Part shown: positions 16,232-22,931 of the stretch, piece after piece
How the letters are laid out: every line of letters starts with the position of its first letter
Position numbering within the stretch: the stretch's first letter is position 1
IMG/VR virus record: IMGVR_UViG_3300002092_000121
Location: 1 to 33,819 of that record
DNA: 33,819 nt
Reading direction: 5' to 3' (one strand)
Origin: a virus
Lineage: Duplodnaviria; Caudoviricetes
The notes under the pieces: generated by a model
The model's database searches: none
What the model was told of the DNA's origin: nothing
What the model saw: the letters and a program-made list of their open reading frames with translations, nothing else
Translations under genes and position numbers: made by a program

Positions 16232-16465
16232 CATTCGTACTCCAAACGATATTAAGCACTTAACTGGGTGGCGTGGAAGAATACATCGGCTTATCTACAC
16301 CTGATAGCAAGCCGCGCAGACTTAAATGGGTACTGCACAAGTTATAAGGACAATGGTGATAGACAACCTTATATCGAATGAACATTAACTTCGGTAGCAT
16401 TAGTTCAAGTAAAGCAATACCTTCTTGAATAGATGTGGTGACTATCACCTTTGGGCAACCTATGA
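16232..16465 (+). ncRNA. Candidate multi-stem structured RNA / origin region
   Basis: No credible ORF. CATTCG/CGAATG encloses several hairpins, plus a cUUCGg tetraloop and an 8-bp long-range pairing GGTGATAG/CTATCACC. Confidence 0.55.
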
Positions 16466-16540
16466 CAAAAAAACAACACATAGGGAAAACACCTAGAAAT
16501 AAGTAGATATTATTAAGCAGACTTAACTTATACTTCCAAC
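16462..16540 (+). promoter_or_regulatory. Rightward promoter with operator TTAAG-CAGA-CTTAA
   Basis: Operator at 16513-16526, -10 TATACT at 16529-16534, TAGG-N7-CCTA box at 16481-16495. Confidence 0.65.
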
Positions 16541-16639
16541 ATGATTGAAAATTTAATGATTATTTTCTCGATTGGAATATTCACCGTGTTAGGTGTAGTC
16601 CTAGTATTAATCTGTTTAATTTTATATTGGGTGCGATGA
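16541..16639 (+). CDS. 32-aa single-TM peptide (MIENLMIIFSIGIFTVLGVVLVLICLILYWVR)
   Basis: Not in the ORF track. ATG 7 nt after the -10 element, ATGA-coupled to the next gene. Confidence 0.55.
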   Translation: MIENLMIIFSIGIFTVLGVVLVLICLILYWVR

Positions 16640-16878
16640 TGACTTGGAATCTACGATTAGTAAATTTAAGCAATCCCTACGAAGATTATTTTGAAATTCG
16701 CGAAGTCTATTACGATTCGATGGGTAAGCCCATTGGACACAGTAAAGCGGCCATTGGTGGCGAAGATAGACTAGAAGTGGACAGATACATTGAATTGGCT
16801 AAACTGGCACTTGATAAACCCATTTTAAAGTTTGCAGAAAATGAAGATACAAGTAAAGATTATCAAAGAGAATCCTGA
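16636..16878 (+). CDS. Phage hypothetical protein
   Basis: MTWNLR...IREVYYD..GKP...ALDKPIL, a pattern common in phage middle regions. Confidence 0.7.
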   Translation: MMTWNLRLVNLSNPYEDYFEIREVYYDSMGKPIGHSKAAIGGEDRLEVDRYIELAKLALDKPILKFAENEDTSKDYQRES

Positions 16879-17098
16879 TGGCTCGGCCAATGCTCAAGTA
16901 GATTTTGATAAAGAAGGATTAGAAGTCCTCGTTCAATGGGGATTGGTGGCGTTGTTAGAAGAAGGCATTAATAGGTACAAAGTAGAACCCGAAGTTGTTT
17001 TAAAACCCGTGAAAAAAAGGAAACAAAATGAACCCGTATTTACAGGAAATCTTGCACGAAATCAAAGTAAGGCTGGCAGAATTAGAAGCAAAAAATAG
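16841..17098 (+). CDS. Phage hypothetical protein
   Basis: MKIQV.IIKENPDGSA motif. Start at 16841 preferred. Confidence 0.6.
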   Translation: MKIQVKIIKENPDGSANAQVDFDKEGLEVLVQWGLVALLEEGINRYKVEPEVVLKPVKKRKQNEPVFTGNLARNQSKAGRIRSKK

Positions 17099-17153
17099 TA
17101 TGCTCGAAGCGGAGTGTTCAGCATTAAGGGAGCAGCTTAATGAACTTCTCTGA
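17028..17153 (+). CDS. 41-aa coiled-coil peptide (MNPYLQEILHEIKVRLAELEAKNSMLEAECSALREQLNELL)
   Basis: Not in the ORF track. AAGGA SD and a clean heptad pattern. Confidence 0.55.
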   Translation: MNPYLQEILHEIKVRLAELEAKNSMLEAECSALREQLNELL

Positions 17154-17523
17154 ATTCTATAGCCTATATCCCCGTAAACAGGGCCGTAGAGCAGCCGAAA
17201 AGTCTTGGAATAGACTTACTCACAATGAGCAGGAAGATGCGTTTAACGCGCTTTCTAATCATCTTGAATACTGGAAACTAAAGCAGACCGAAAAAGACTA
17301 CATCCCTCACCCTGCTACTTGGTTGAATCAAGGCCGCTGGGAGGATGAGTTGGACATGGAAGTTAAAAAGATCAAGAAACCCGAACTGCCTTGGTACTCA
17401 AGCGAAGAACTAACCAAATCAAAAGCCCAAGAGGTCGGATGCCCTGCTTACGCTGGTGAAGGCTGGCAGCAATGGCGGGCGCGAATCAGTCAGAAAATAA
17501 AGCAGCTTGAAGAACAACTCTGA
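17140..17523 (+). CDS. Stand-alone C-terminal domain of a phage replication initiator (replisome organiser-like)
   Basis: F.EFYSLYPRKQGRRAAEKSW...YIPHPATWLNQGRWEDE. No N-terminal HTH. Confidence 0.7.
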   Translation: MNFSEFYSLYPRKQGRRAAEKSWNRLTHNEQEDAFNALSNHLEYWKLKQTEKDYIPHPATWLNQGRWEDELDMEVKKIKKPELPWYSSEELTKSKAQEVGCPAYAGEGWQQWRARISQKIKQLEEQL

Positions 17524-17659
17524 CAATTATTTGGTAGATTGGTACATAGCCGTAGCAAAAAAACGGGGCTGGCCCGAAGTTGTAAGACTGTTGGCCCAGT
17601 ACCCCGATAAAGAAGAACGCATCAAATTATTAATTAAAAAAAGACTAGGAAAAGCATGA
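17507..17659 (+). CDS. 50-aa basic hypothetical protein
   Basis: Not in the ORF track. TTG start, fills the gap, ATGA-coupled to the next gene. Confidence 0.45.
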   Translation: MKNNSDNYLVDWYIAVAKKRGWPEVVRLLAQYPDKEERIKLLIKKRLGKA

Positions 17660-17799
17660 GTTCGTGGCTAGTAGCATCGGTAGGGGTAATTTATTTTTTC
17701 ACCGCCATAGATTCATTTTTTAAAAACAATATGGGCCTTGGAATAGCGTTTTTAGGTTATTCAATTGGCTGCATAGGACTTTGGATACAAACAAGATGA
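17656..17799 (+). CDS. 47-aa two-TM membrane peptide, paralogue 1
   Basis: MSSWLVASVGVIYFFTAIDSFFKNNMGLGIAFLGYSIGCIGLWIQTR. ATGA overlaps at both ends. Confidence 0.7.
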   Translation: MSSWLVASVGVIYFFTAIDSFFKNNMGLGIAFLGYSIGCIGLWIQTR

Positions 17800-18125
17800 G
17801 AGAGATAGACCCCAATAAATGTATAGACTTCATATTAGAAAACGCGGGTAAATATGCACAAGCTAAAGGTGAACTAGCCCAGTTAGAAACATTTAAAAGC
17901 AGCTTAAAGGCCATTATGATGAAAAAGTCTAATGAGAATAGTATTGGCGGCCAAGAGCGCGAAGCTTACGCCAGCCAAGAATACCAAGATTTATGCGATT
18001 CTATTGGCACGGCTACCGAAAATGCAGAAAAGCTTAAGTGGGAATTGGAAGCAGCCCGTTTGCGTCATGCTACATGGCAGACCCTTGAAGTATCTAACCG
18101 AACCCAAGACAGGATTTTAAAATGA
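17796..18125 (+). CDS. Helical phage protein (possible UvsY-like recombination mediator)
   Basis: ATGA-coupled start at 17796. All-helical, with QEREAYAS.EY and W.T...SNR motifs. The UvsY link is tentative. Confidence 0.55.
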   Translation: MREIDPNKCIDFILENAGKYAQAKGELAQLETFKSSLKAIMMKKSNENSIGGQEREAYASQEYQDLCDSIGTATENAEKLKWELEAARLRHATWQTLEVSNRTQDRILK

Positions 18126-18292
18126 CATTAAAAGTAACCGAAGAATTCCTTATTCTTAAACTCTTATATAAGATGTACGAAGATGCCCTACAGCGTAAAG
18201 ATTTAACGCAAATGCTTGAATTAAGCGTAGATATTGCTGAATCTGCCGAAAAGCTAGAACAATTGACCTGCGATTACATTAATGGCGTTTAG
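18122..18292 (+). CDS. 56-aa helical hypothetical protein
   Basis: Not in the ORF track. ATGA-coupled. MTLKVTEEFLILK...CDYINGV. Confidence 0.6.
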   Translation: MTLKVTEEFLILKLLYKMYEDALQRKDLTQMLELSVDIAESAEKLEQLTCDYINGV

Positions 18293-18833
18293 CGTTACCG
18301 TTCCTCCGCTGGTTATTGAAGCAAGCAAACATTTTGTAGAACATAACAATTTGGGGATGCGCCCTGATAATTCCAACGGCACTAAAGACCAGCAATTAGT
18401 GGGTGTTATTGGTCAAAATATGATGGCCCATGCTTTAGGATTACCATTTATGGAATCATCTACTACGCATGATGGGGGCGTTGATTTTGTAATACATGGC
18501 AAAAAATTAGACATTAAGACTATGGGCCGCACGGTTACGCCAAAATTAGACTATGTAAACAATTTAATCGCGTCACAGACTAGGTTTAATGTTGATGGCT
18601 ATATTTTTGCCAGTTTAAATACATTAAATGATAAGCTCACTATTTGCGGGTGGTTACCAAAAGCAACCTTTTTATGGTTTGCCAAGTTTTACGAAAAGGG
18701 TACTATACGCGAAAGAACTAACGGTACAGCATTTGAACTCAAAGCTGATACTTATGAGATAGAAAACGAAGATTTAATACATAAGGTATATAACTGGCAT
18801 GATTTATTTGCCAGTATTAAATCTGCAAAATGA
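18282..18833 (+). CDS. PD-(D/E)XK restriction-endonuclease-fold protein
   Basis: DGGVDF...LDIKT catalytic-type motif, and D.YIFA / ICGWLPK. Confidence 0.65.
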   Translation: MAFSVTVPPLVIEASKHFVEHNNLGMRPDNSNGTKDQQLVGVIGQNMMAHALGLPFMESSTTHDGGVDFVIHGKKLDIKTMGRTVTPKLDYVNNLIASQTRFNVDGYIFASLNTLNDKLTICGWLPKATFLWFAKFYEKGTIRERTNGTAFELKADTYEIENEDLIHKVYNWHDLFASIKSAK

Positions 18834-19096
18834 CAAAAAATGAAAAAGAAAAGTACCGAAAAATTGCTGAACTGGGATGCTCACTATGCAGGCATCAAGG
18901 GAATGAAGGAACGCCAGCAGAATTGCATCACATTAGAAGAAGTGGCATACGAAGCCGCGCTCCAGTTATACCGCTTTGCCCCTATCACCATAGAGGATCA
19001 AATACCAGTATTCACGGAATGGGCCGTAAGCGGTTCGAGCAAGAGTACGGAATCACGGAAGAACAGCTTTTGGCGCAAACGCAAGCCCTTATATGA
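18830..19096 (+). CDS. Ref-like HNH nuclease
   Basis: CxxC...ELHHIR...IPLCPYHHR...IH..G...FE..YG. Confidence 0.8.
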   Translation: MTKNEKEKYRKIAELGCSLCRHQGNEGTPAELHHIRRSGIRSRAPVIPLCPYHHRGSNTSIHGMGRKRFEQEYGITEEQLLAQTQALI

Positions 19097-19236
19097 GTAG
19101 CTGGCTAATCATCGTTACAGGTTTAATTTATGCCTACATAGGTATAGAGCAGGTCGTTAAAGGCAATGTACCTATGGGTGTTACTTATATGTCTTACGCC
19201 ACAGCCAACATTGGTTTGTATTACATGGCCAAATAA
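19093..19236 (+). CDS. 47-aa two-TM membrane peptide, paralogue 2
   Basis: MSSWLIIVTGLIYAYIGIEQVVKGNVPMGVTYMSYATANIGLYYMAK. ATGA-coupled, not in the ORF track. Confidence 0.7.
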   Translation: MSSWLIIVTGLIYAYIGIEQVVKGNVPMGVTYMSYATANIGLYYMAK

Positions 19237-19243
19237 TAAAAAT

Positions 19244-19491
19244 TTCCCGAACGGGAATATATGGGTGTATATCAGGGTATATCGGTGTATATCTTCCCGA
19301 ACGGGAAAGTTAATGATTCATAAAAGAATCCTTAACCCACTTAAGAACCCATTTATGTATCTTAATGTGTACATTTTTTGCCATTTTTGATACACATAGG
19401 TATCAATATGTACGCAAAATATATACTTTTAGGTTACAAATTGCACACAAACTATAAGAAACTTTACAATCTTTTTTTAGAACTTTACAAT
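19244..19491. repeat. Mosaic array of short inverted and direct repeats between convergent operons
   Basis: TTCCCGAACGGGAA x2, GTATATC x3, four different inverted repeats, and AACTTTACAAT x2. Confidence 0.85.
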
Positions 19492-19838
19492 TCCAGCCCG
19501 TCAAACCCAAGTTCGTCAGCAATCAGCTTACATCGGGTTCTAAAAGCTTTTCCATGTTGTGTCCACTTATCACCTTTAAGACGGTGAAAACTCATGTGGC
19601 AGCACTCATGGGCCAGCGTAGTAAGCATTGTGTAGTAATGGCCGCATCGGGCAGAACTGATGGTTATAGTGTGTTCGTAATCCTCACCGCAATCGTACAT
19701 ATAACTGCCCATTGTTTCGGCATCATGTATTACAACAAAATCAATTTCTTCGGGTAGCGGAAGCTTCCATTTTGTAAATGGGTATAGGCAGCATAGGCTT
19801 GCATACGCATTTTGGATAGCTTCAGGTGTTAGCTTCAT
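19485..19838 (-). CDS. SprT-like zinc metalloprotease domain protein
   Basis: TLAHECCH (HExxH) followed by HGKAF. Confidence 0.8.
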   Translation of the reverse strand: MKLTPEAIQNAYASLCCLYPFTKWKLPLPEEIDFVVIHDAETMGSYMYDCGEDYEHTITISSARCGHYYTMLTTLAHECCHMSFHRLKGDKWTQHGKAFRTRCKLIADELGFDGLEL

Positions 19839-20797
19839 ACAGTATGTAATTCGCCTCTAAAAAATACTAAACCCTCATCTTCATTAATAACTTGGACAAG
19901 TTCAGGGGGCATCAAGTGGCCGTTTACATAAGTTAAAACTGCAAATCCAGCCCGCCAGTTGACGCTTGAATCCTCATGGTACATAAACTGCTCATCAGTT
20001 ACCGCAGCCATCATTCCAGTATCTACACCGTACATATCGCCTTTGTAATTAGTCCAAGGTGTAACTTTTAGGGAATGTAAATGGCCAGTAACCATAGACA
20101 TACCGCCCTTCAGGATATTGTTATAGACCGCATGAATACCGTTATGCCAGCGATGTTTAACCATTGTATTGTCGTTGATGACTACTGACCAGCTATATGA
20201 CCAGCCGTACAAGTGATCCGCTAGGCACATACCCTTGACACCTTCATACTGGGGAAGGATGTTTGATAACTTGCCATCAAAGCGTAAATCGTGGTTACCA
20301 ATGGTTCGATGCAATATACACCCAGCAGGCTTAACTTTTTCAATATCGCCAAGTCTTGCTTGGACTTCTTCTAATTCTTGCTGAACTGTAGGATGTTGTT
20401 GGTAACCTATTCTGTTGTGCTGGCTAATTTGTGCAAAATCAAATAAATCGCCATTCATAATTATCATGTTTGGCTTTAATTTTTTTGTGAAATGCACAAA
20501 AGCACGATGGGCCGTTGATATATAGCTTGGGTTATAGTGACAATCAGAACCAACAAGCACTACGCCATCAGACAATTGGTATTCACAGCGTATTTTGTTT
20601 TCAGGAATAGTAAACTTGGGTGGTCTGCCCCTATTATCATTAGATTCAAGAACAATATCGTGTCTTTCCTCTATAGATTTCCTGCGTTTATGTATGTTTC
20701 GTTCTGCTATACCCAATATTTTTGATAGTATGGTTGCAGACCGATGTTCTCTAAATAACGCTATAAATTCTTCGTCACTACAAGCTGGTTTGGCCAT
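19835..20797 (-). CDS. Calcineurin-like metallophosphoesterase with N-terminal HTH-like segment
   Basis: SDCH, NGDLFD, GNHD and GHLH motifs. Confidence 0.88.
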   Translation of the reverse strand: MAKPACSDEEFIALFREHRSATILSKILGIAERNIHKRRKSIEERHDIVLESNDNRGRPPKFTIPENKIRCEYQLSDGVVLVGSDCHYNPSYISTAHRAFVHFTKKLKPNMIIMNGDLFDFAQISQHNRIGYQQHPTVQQELEEVQARLGDIEKVKPAGCILHRTIGNHDLRFDGKLSNILPQYEGVKGMCLADHLYGWSYSWSVVINDNTMVKHRWHNGIHAVYNNILKGGMSMVTGHLHSLKVTPWTNYKGDMYGVDTGMMAAVTDEQFMYHEDSSVNWRAGFAVLTYVNGHLMPPELVQVINEDEGLVFFRGELHTV

Positions 20798-20854
20798 ATA
20801 TAAACTTTATAATGATAATGGTAGCTAATAGTAATCTATTTTAATGGAAAATCA

Positions 20855-21139
20855 ATGACATACGCACGAATTGATACAAACCACAAGCAGATTGTGGCTG
20901 CCTTAAGACAAGTTGGGGCAACAGTAGTTTCCCTTGCATCAATGAAACACGGTTGCCCTGATTTGCTTGTTGGCTATGCTGGTGAAACCCTTTTAATGGA
21001 AATCAAGCGAGATTCAAAAGCCAAATTTACGCCTGACCAATTGGACTTTATGGCTAAATGGCGGGGTGGCCCAGTTAGTCGGGTAGATAGCGTTGATTCA
21101 GCTATTCGCGCATTGGGGGTAATACAGCGTGTTGAATAA
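20855..21139 (+). CDS. VRR-NUC / resolvase-like nuclease
   Basis: D.NHKQIV..LR..G..V, GCPDLLVG, MEIK and FTPDQ motifs. Confidence 0.8.
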   Translation: MTYARIDTNHKQIVAALRQVGATVVSLASMKHGCPDLLVGYAGETLLMEIKRDSKAKFTPDQLDFMAKWRGGPVSRVDSVDSAIRALGVIQRVE

Positions 21140-21665
21140 ATATTTTGCGCTATACCCCAAAGCTTTAAGCCCACAATTTTGCAAATATGTAATTGAATCA
21201 ATAGATTGGAACAATACAGAGGCCGCAAGAGTAAACCGCAAAATCAATTGCCAAATAGACCCAGCAGCTAGAATTACTGATATTTACTGGGAAGAATTGC
21301 TATCCCCCATAGGCTGCGTTATTCAATCCTACATCCTTGATGCCAATAAAAACTGGAACTACGACATTCGCAGAATAGAAAAGGTGCAAATGTCCCAATA
21401 TGTTGAAGGTGGACATTATGGTTGGCACATGGATTCCAAAGAACCTGTAAACAATGAGCAACGCAAACTGTCTATTAGTATTTTGCTTAATGATGATTTT
21501 GCGGGTGGTGGCCTTGAAATAGAATCAAATAAAGATGAAAATGTATTAAAATGTCAGGGAGATATAGTTGTTTTTCCGTCATTTTTACAGCATAGAGTGT
21601 TACCTGTAACGGATGGGATTCGTTATTCAGCAGTTTCATGGGCGTATGGCCCTACTTTTAGGTGA
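21129..21665 (+). CDS. 2OG-Fe(II) oxygenase (PKHD/prolyl-hydroxylase type)
   Basis: Y.WHMD, RKLSISILLND.F.GG.L, FPSFLQHRVLPV..G.RYS.V.W. Confidence 0.9.
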   Translation: MLNKYFALYPKALSPQFCKYVIESIDWNNTEAARVNRKINCQIDPAARITDIYWEELLSPIGCVIQSYILDANKNWNYDIRRIEKVQMSQYVEGGHYGWHMDSKEPVNNEQRKLSISILLNDDFAGGGLEIESNKDENVLKCQGDIVVFPSFLQHRVLPVTDGIRYSAVSWAYGPTFR

Positions 21666-21669
21666 GATT

Positions 21670-22029
21670 ATGGAAAAATCAATGGCATTATTTCTAGCAA
21701 CATTGCTACATTCAGGCACAAATGCTCATTTTTTCCATTGGGCTACTAAATCTTACGCTAAACACAAAGCTTTAAACGGCTATTACGACAGCATTATTGA
21801 GTTGACAGACCAATTAGCGGAAACTTACTTTGGCATATATGGCCAAATTACCCAGTTTCCAAGCACATACCATATGCCTAAAGAGCCATTGGCCTATCTG
21901 CAATCCCTACAAGCGTTTGTTAAGGATGCCCGTCAAGACTTGCCTACAGATTCCGAAATTGTGCAATTAATAGACAATATCGCGCAAGAGATTGACACTA
22001 CCATCTATTTACTTAAATTTAAGGCTTAA
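21670..22029 (+). CDS. Ferritin/Dps-like phage protein (DUF5856-like)
   Basis: H..HW...YAKHKAL..YY......D.LAE ferroxidase-like pattern. Start at 21670. Confidence 0.75.
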   Translation: MEKSMALFLATLLHSGTNAHFFHWATKSYAKHKALNGYYDSIIELTDQLAETYFGIYGQITQFPSTYHMPKEPLAYLQSLQAFVKDARQDLPTDSEIVQLIDNIAQEIDTTIYLLKFKA

Positions 22030-22031
22030 TC

Positions 22032-22217
22032 ATGCCATTAGACAAATCAGGTTCAGCCGAATCAGTCGGTAAAAACATTAAGGCAGAAGTTAAAGCTGGC
22101 CGCCCTAAAAAGCAGGCAGTAGCTATTGCCTTGAATACAGAGCGTGAATACGCTAAAGGCAGCCGTAAAGCAAAATTAGAATCCCAGTACGACAAATACA
22201 TTGGTGAAAAAGAATGA
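22032..22217 (+). CDS. Small basic phage protein
   Basis: MPL.KS.S...V.KNI..E..AGRPKKQAVAIAL motif. Confidence 0.75.
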   Translation: MPLDKSGSAESVGKNIKAEVKAGRPKKQAVAIALNTEREYAKGSRKAKLESQYDKYIGEKE

Positions 22218-22381
22218 GTGGACTTTACGAAAACATCCATAAAAAACAAGCTCGTATATCGGCTGGTTCGGGCGAAAAAATGCGTAAAGTAGGCAGTAAA
22301 GGCGCACCAACGGCTAAAGACTTTAAAGAATCGGCTAAAACCCGTAAAGATGTCATTACCGAAAAAATGAAAGATATGTAA
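22214..22381 (+). CDS. 55-aa basic phage protein (MSGLYENIHKKQARISAGSGEKMRKVGSKGAPTAKDFK...)
   Basis: Not in the ORF track. Coupled to both neighbours. GLY.NIH.K...GSGEKMRK.G.KGAPT is a recurrent phage motif. Confidence 0.75.
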   Translation: MSGLYENIHKKQARISAGSGEKMRKVGSKGAPTAKDFKESAKTRKDVITEKMKDM

Positions 22382-22782
22382 TGGACTTTAAACAATTGGC
22401 CATGATTTTGCGTATGCAGCCTACAGTAGATTCTGCTGGTGCGCCAATTGATACTAAAAGACCAATTGTATTTGATCCACAGGGTTATGAACCGCATACA
22501 GAATTAAGCATGACAGCTACAGGGCGCGAACTTGGTTTACCCCAGCATAACGCTATGTACAATGTCCCAACTATTTATAACGGCCAAATCAATGACCCAA
22601 ATACATTTAACGGAATGAATGAAATCCGCAAAAATGTAATGAAAACCCCAAACGCATATAAAGCTTATGAAACTGAACAGCAAGCCATTCCTGATGCTAT
22701 TCAGCGTTCTAAAGACATTGGTAATGTGCGTGGTGATGAATTAAGGCGGGCCGTTTTAACAAGATATATGGAGAATATGTAA
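22381..22782 (+). CDS. Hypothetical protein
   Basis: 133-aa ORF, TAATG-coupled. Confidence 0.65.
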   Translation: MDFKQLAMILRMQPTVDSAGAPIDTKRPIVFDPQGYEPHTELSMTATGRELGLPQHNAMYNVPTIYNGQINDPNTFNGMNEIRKNVMKTPNAYKAYETEQQAIPDAIQRSKDIGNVRGDELRRAVLTRYMENM

Positions 22783-22931
22783 TGAAACACATGGATCACA
22801 AATACCCTAAAGGTAACGCTTTATTGCGCGAGCATAAAGAATCTACATACGAAAAGAACCTTGCTGACCGTCTAGCCCGTAGAAAGATGATCGCCAACAA
22901 GGTCAAAGACTTGGATAAAGAAGTTAAGTAA
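22782..22931 (+). CDS. 49-aa basic hypothetical protein (MKHMDHKYPKGNALLREHK...)
   Basis: Not in the ORF track. Exactly fills the gap, with a coupled start. Confidence 0.6.
   Translation: MKHMDHKYPKGNALLREHKESTYEKNLADRLARRKMIANKVKDLDKEVK

Noticed and set aside
16260-16481. 73-aa minus-strand ORF in the structured region
   Set aside because: No SD or motif, and antisense to local transcription. RNA structure explains the region better.
16252-19345. Additional TTAAG operators at 16252 and 19332
   Set aside because: Spacing is 3 rather than 4 bp, with mismatches, and there is no adjacent promoter.
19244-19491. CRISPR array or mini-array
   Set aside because: Only two 14-bp copies, the sequence between them is itself repetitive, and there are no cas genes.
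19166-19587. ORFs 19166..19390 and 19378..19587 from the track
   Set aside because: They overlap better-supported genes and translate low-complexity repeats, with no SD or motif.
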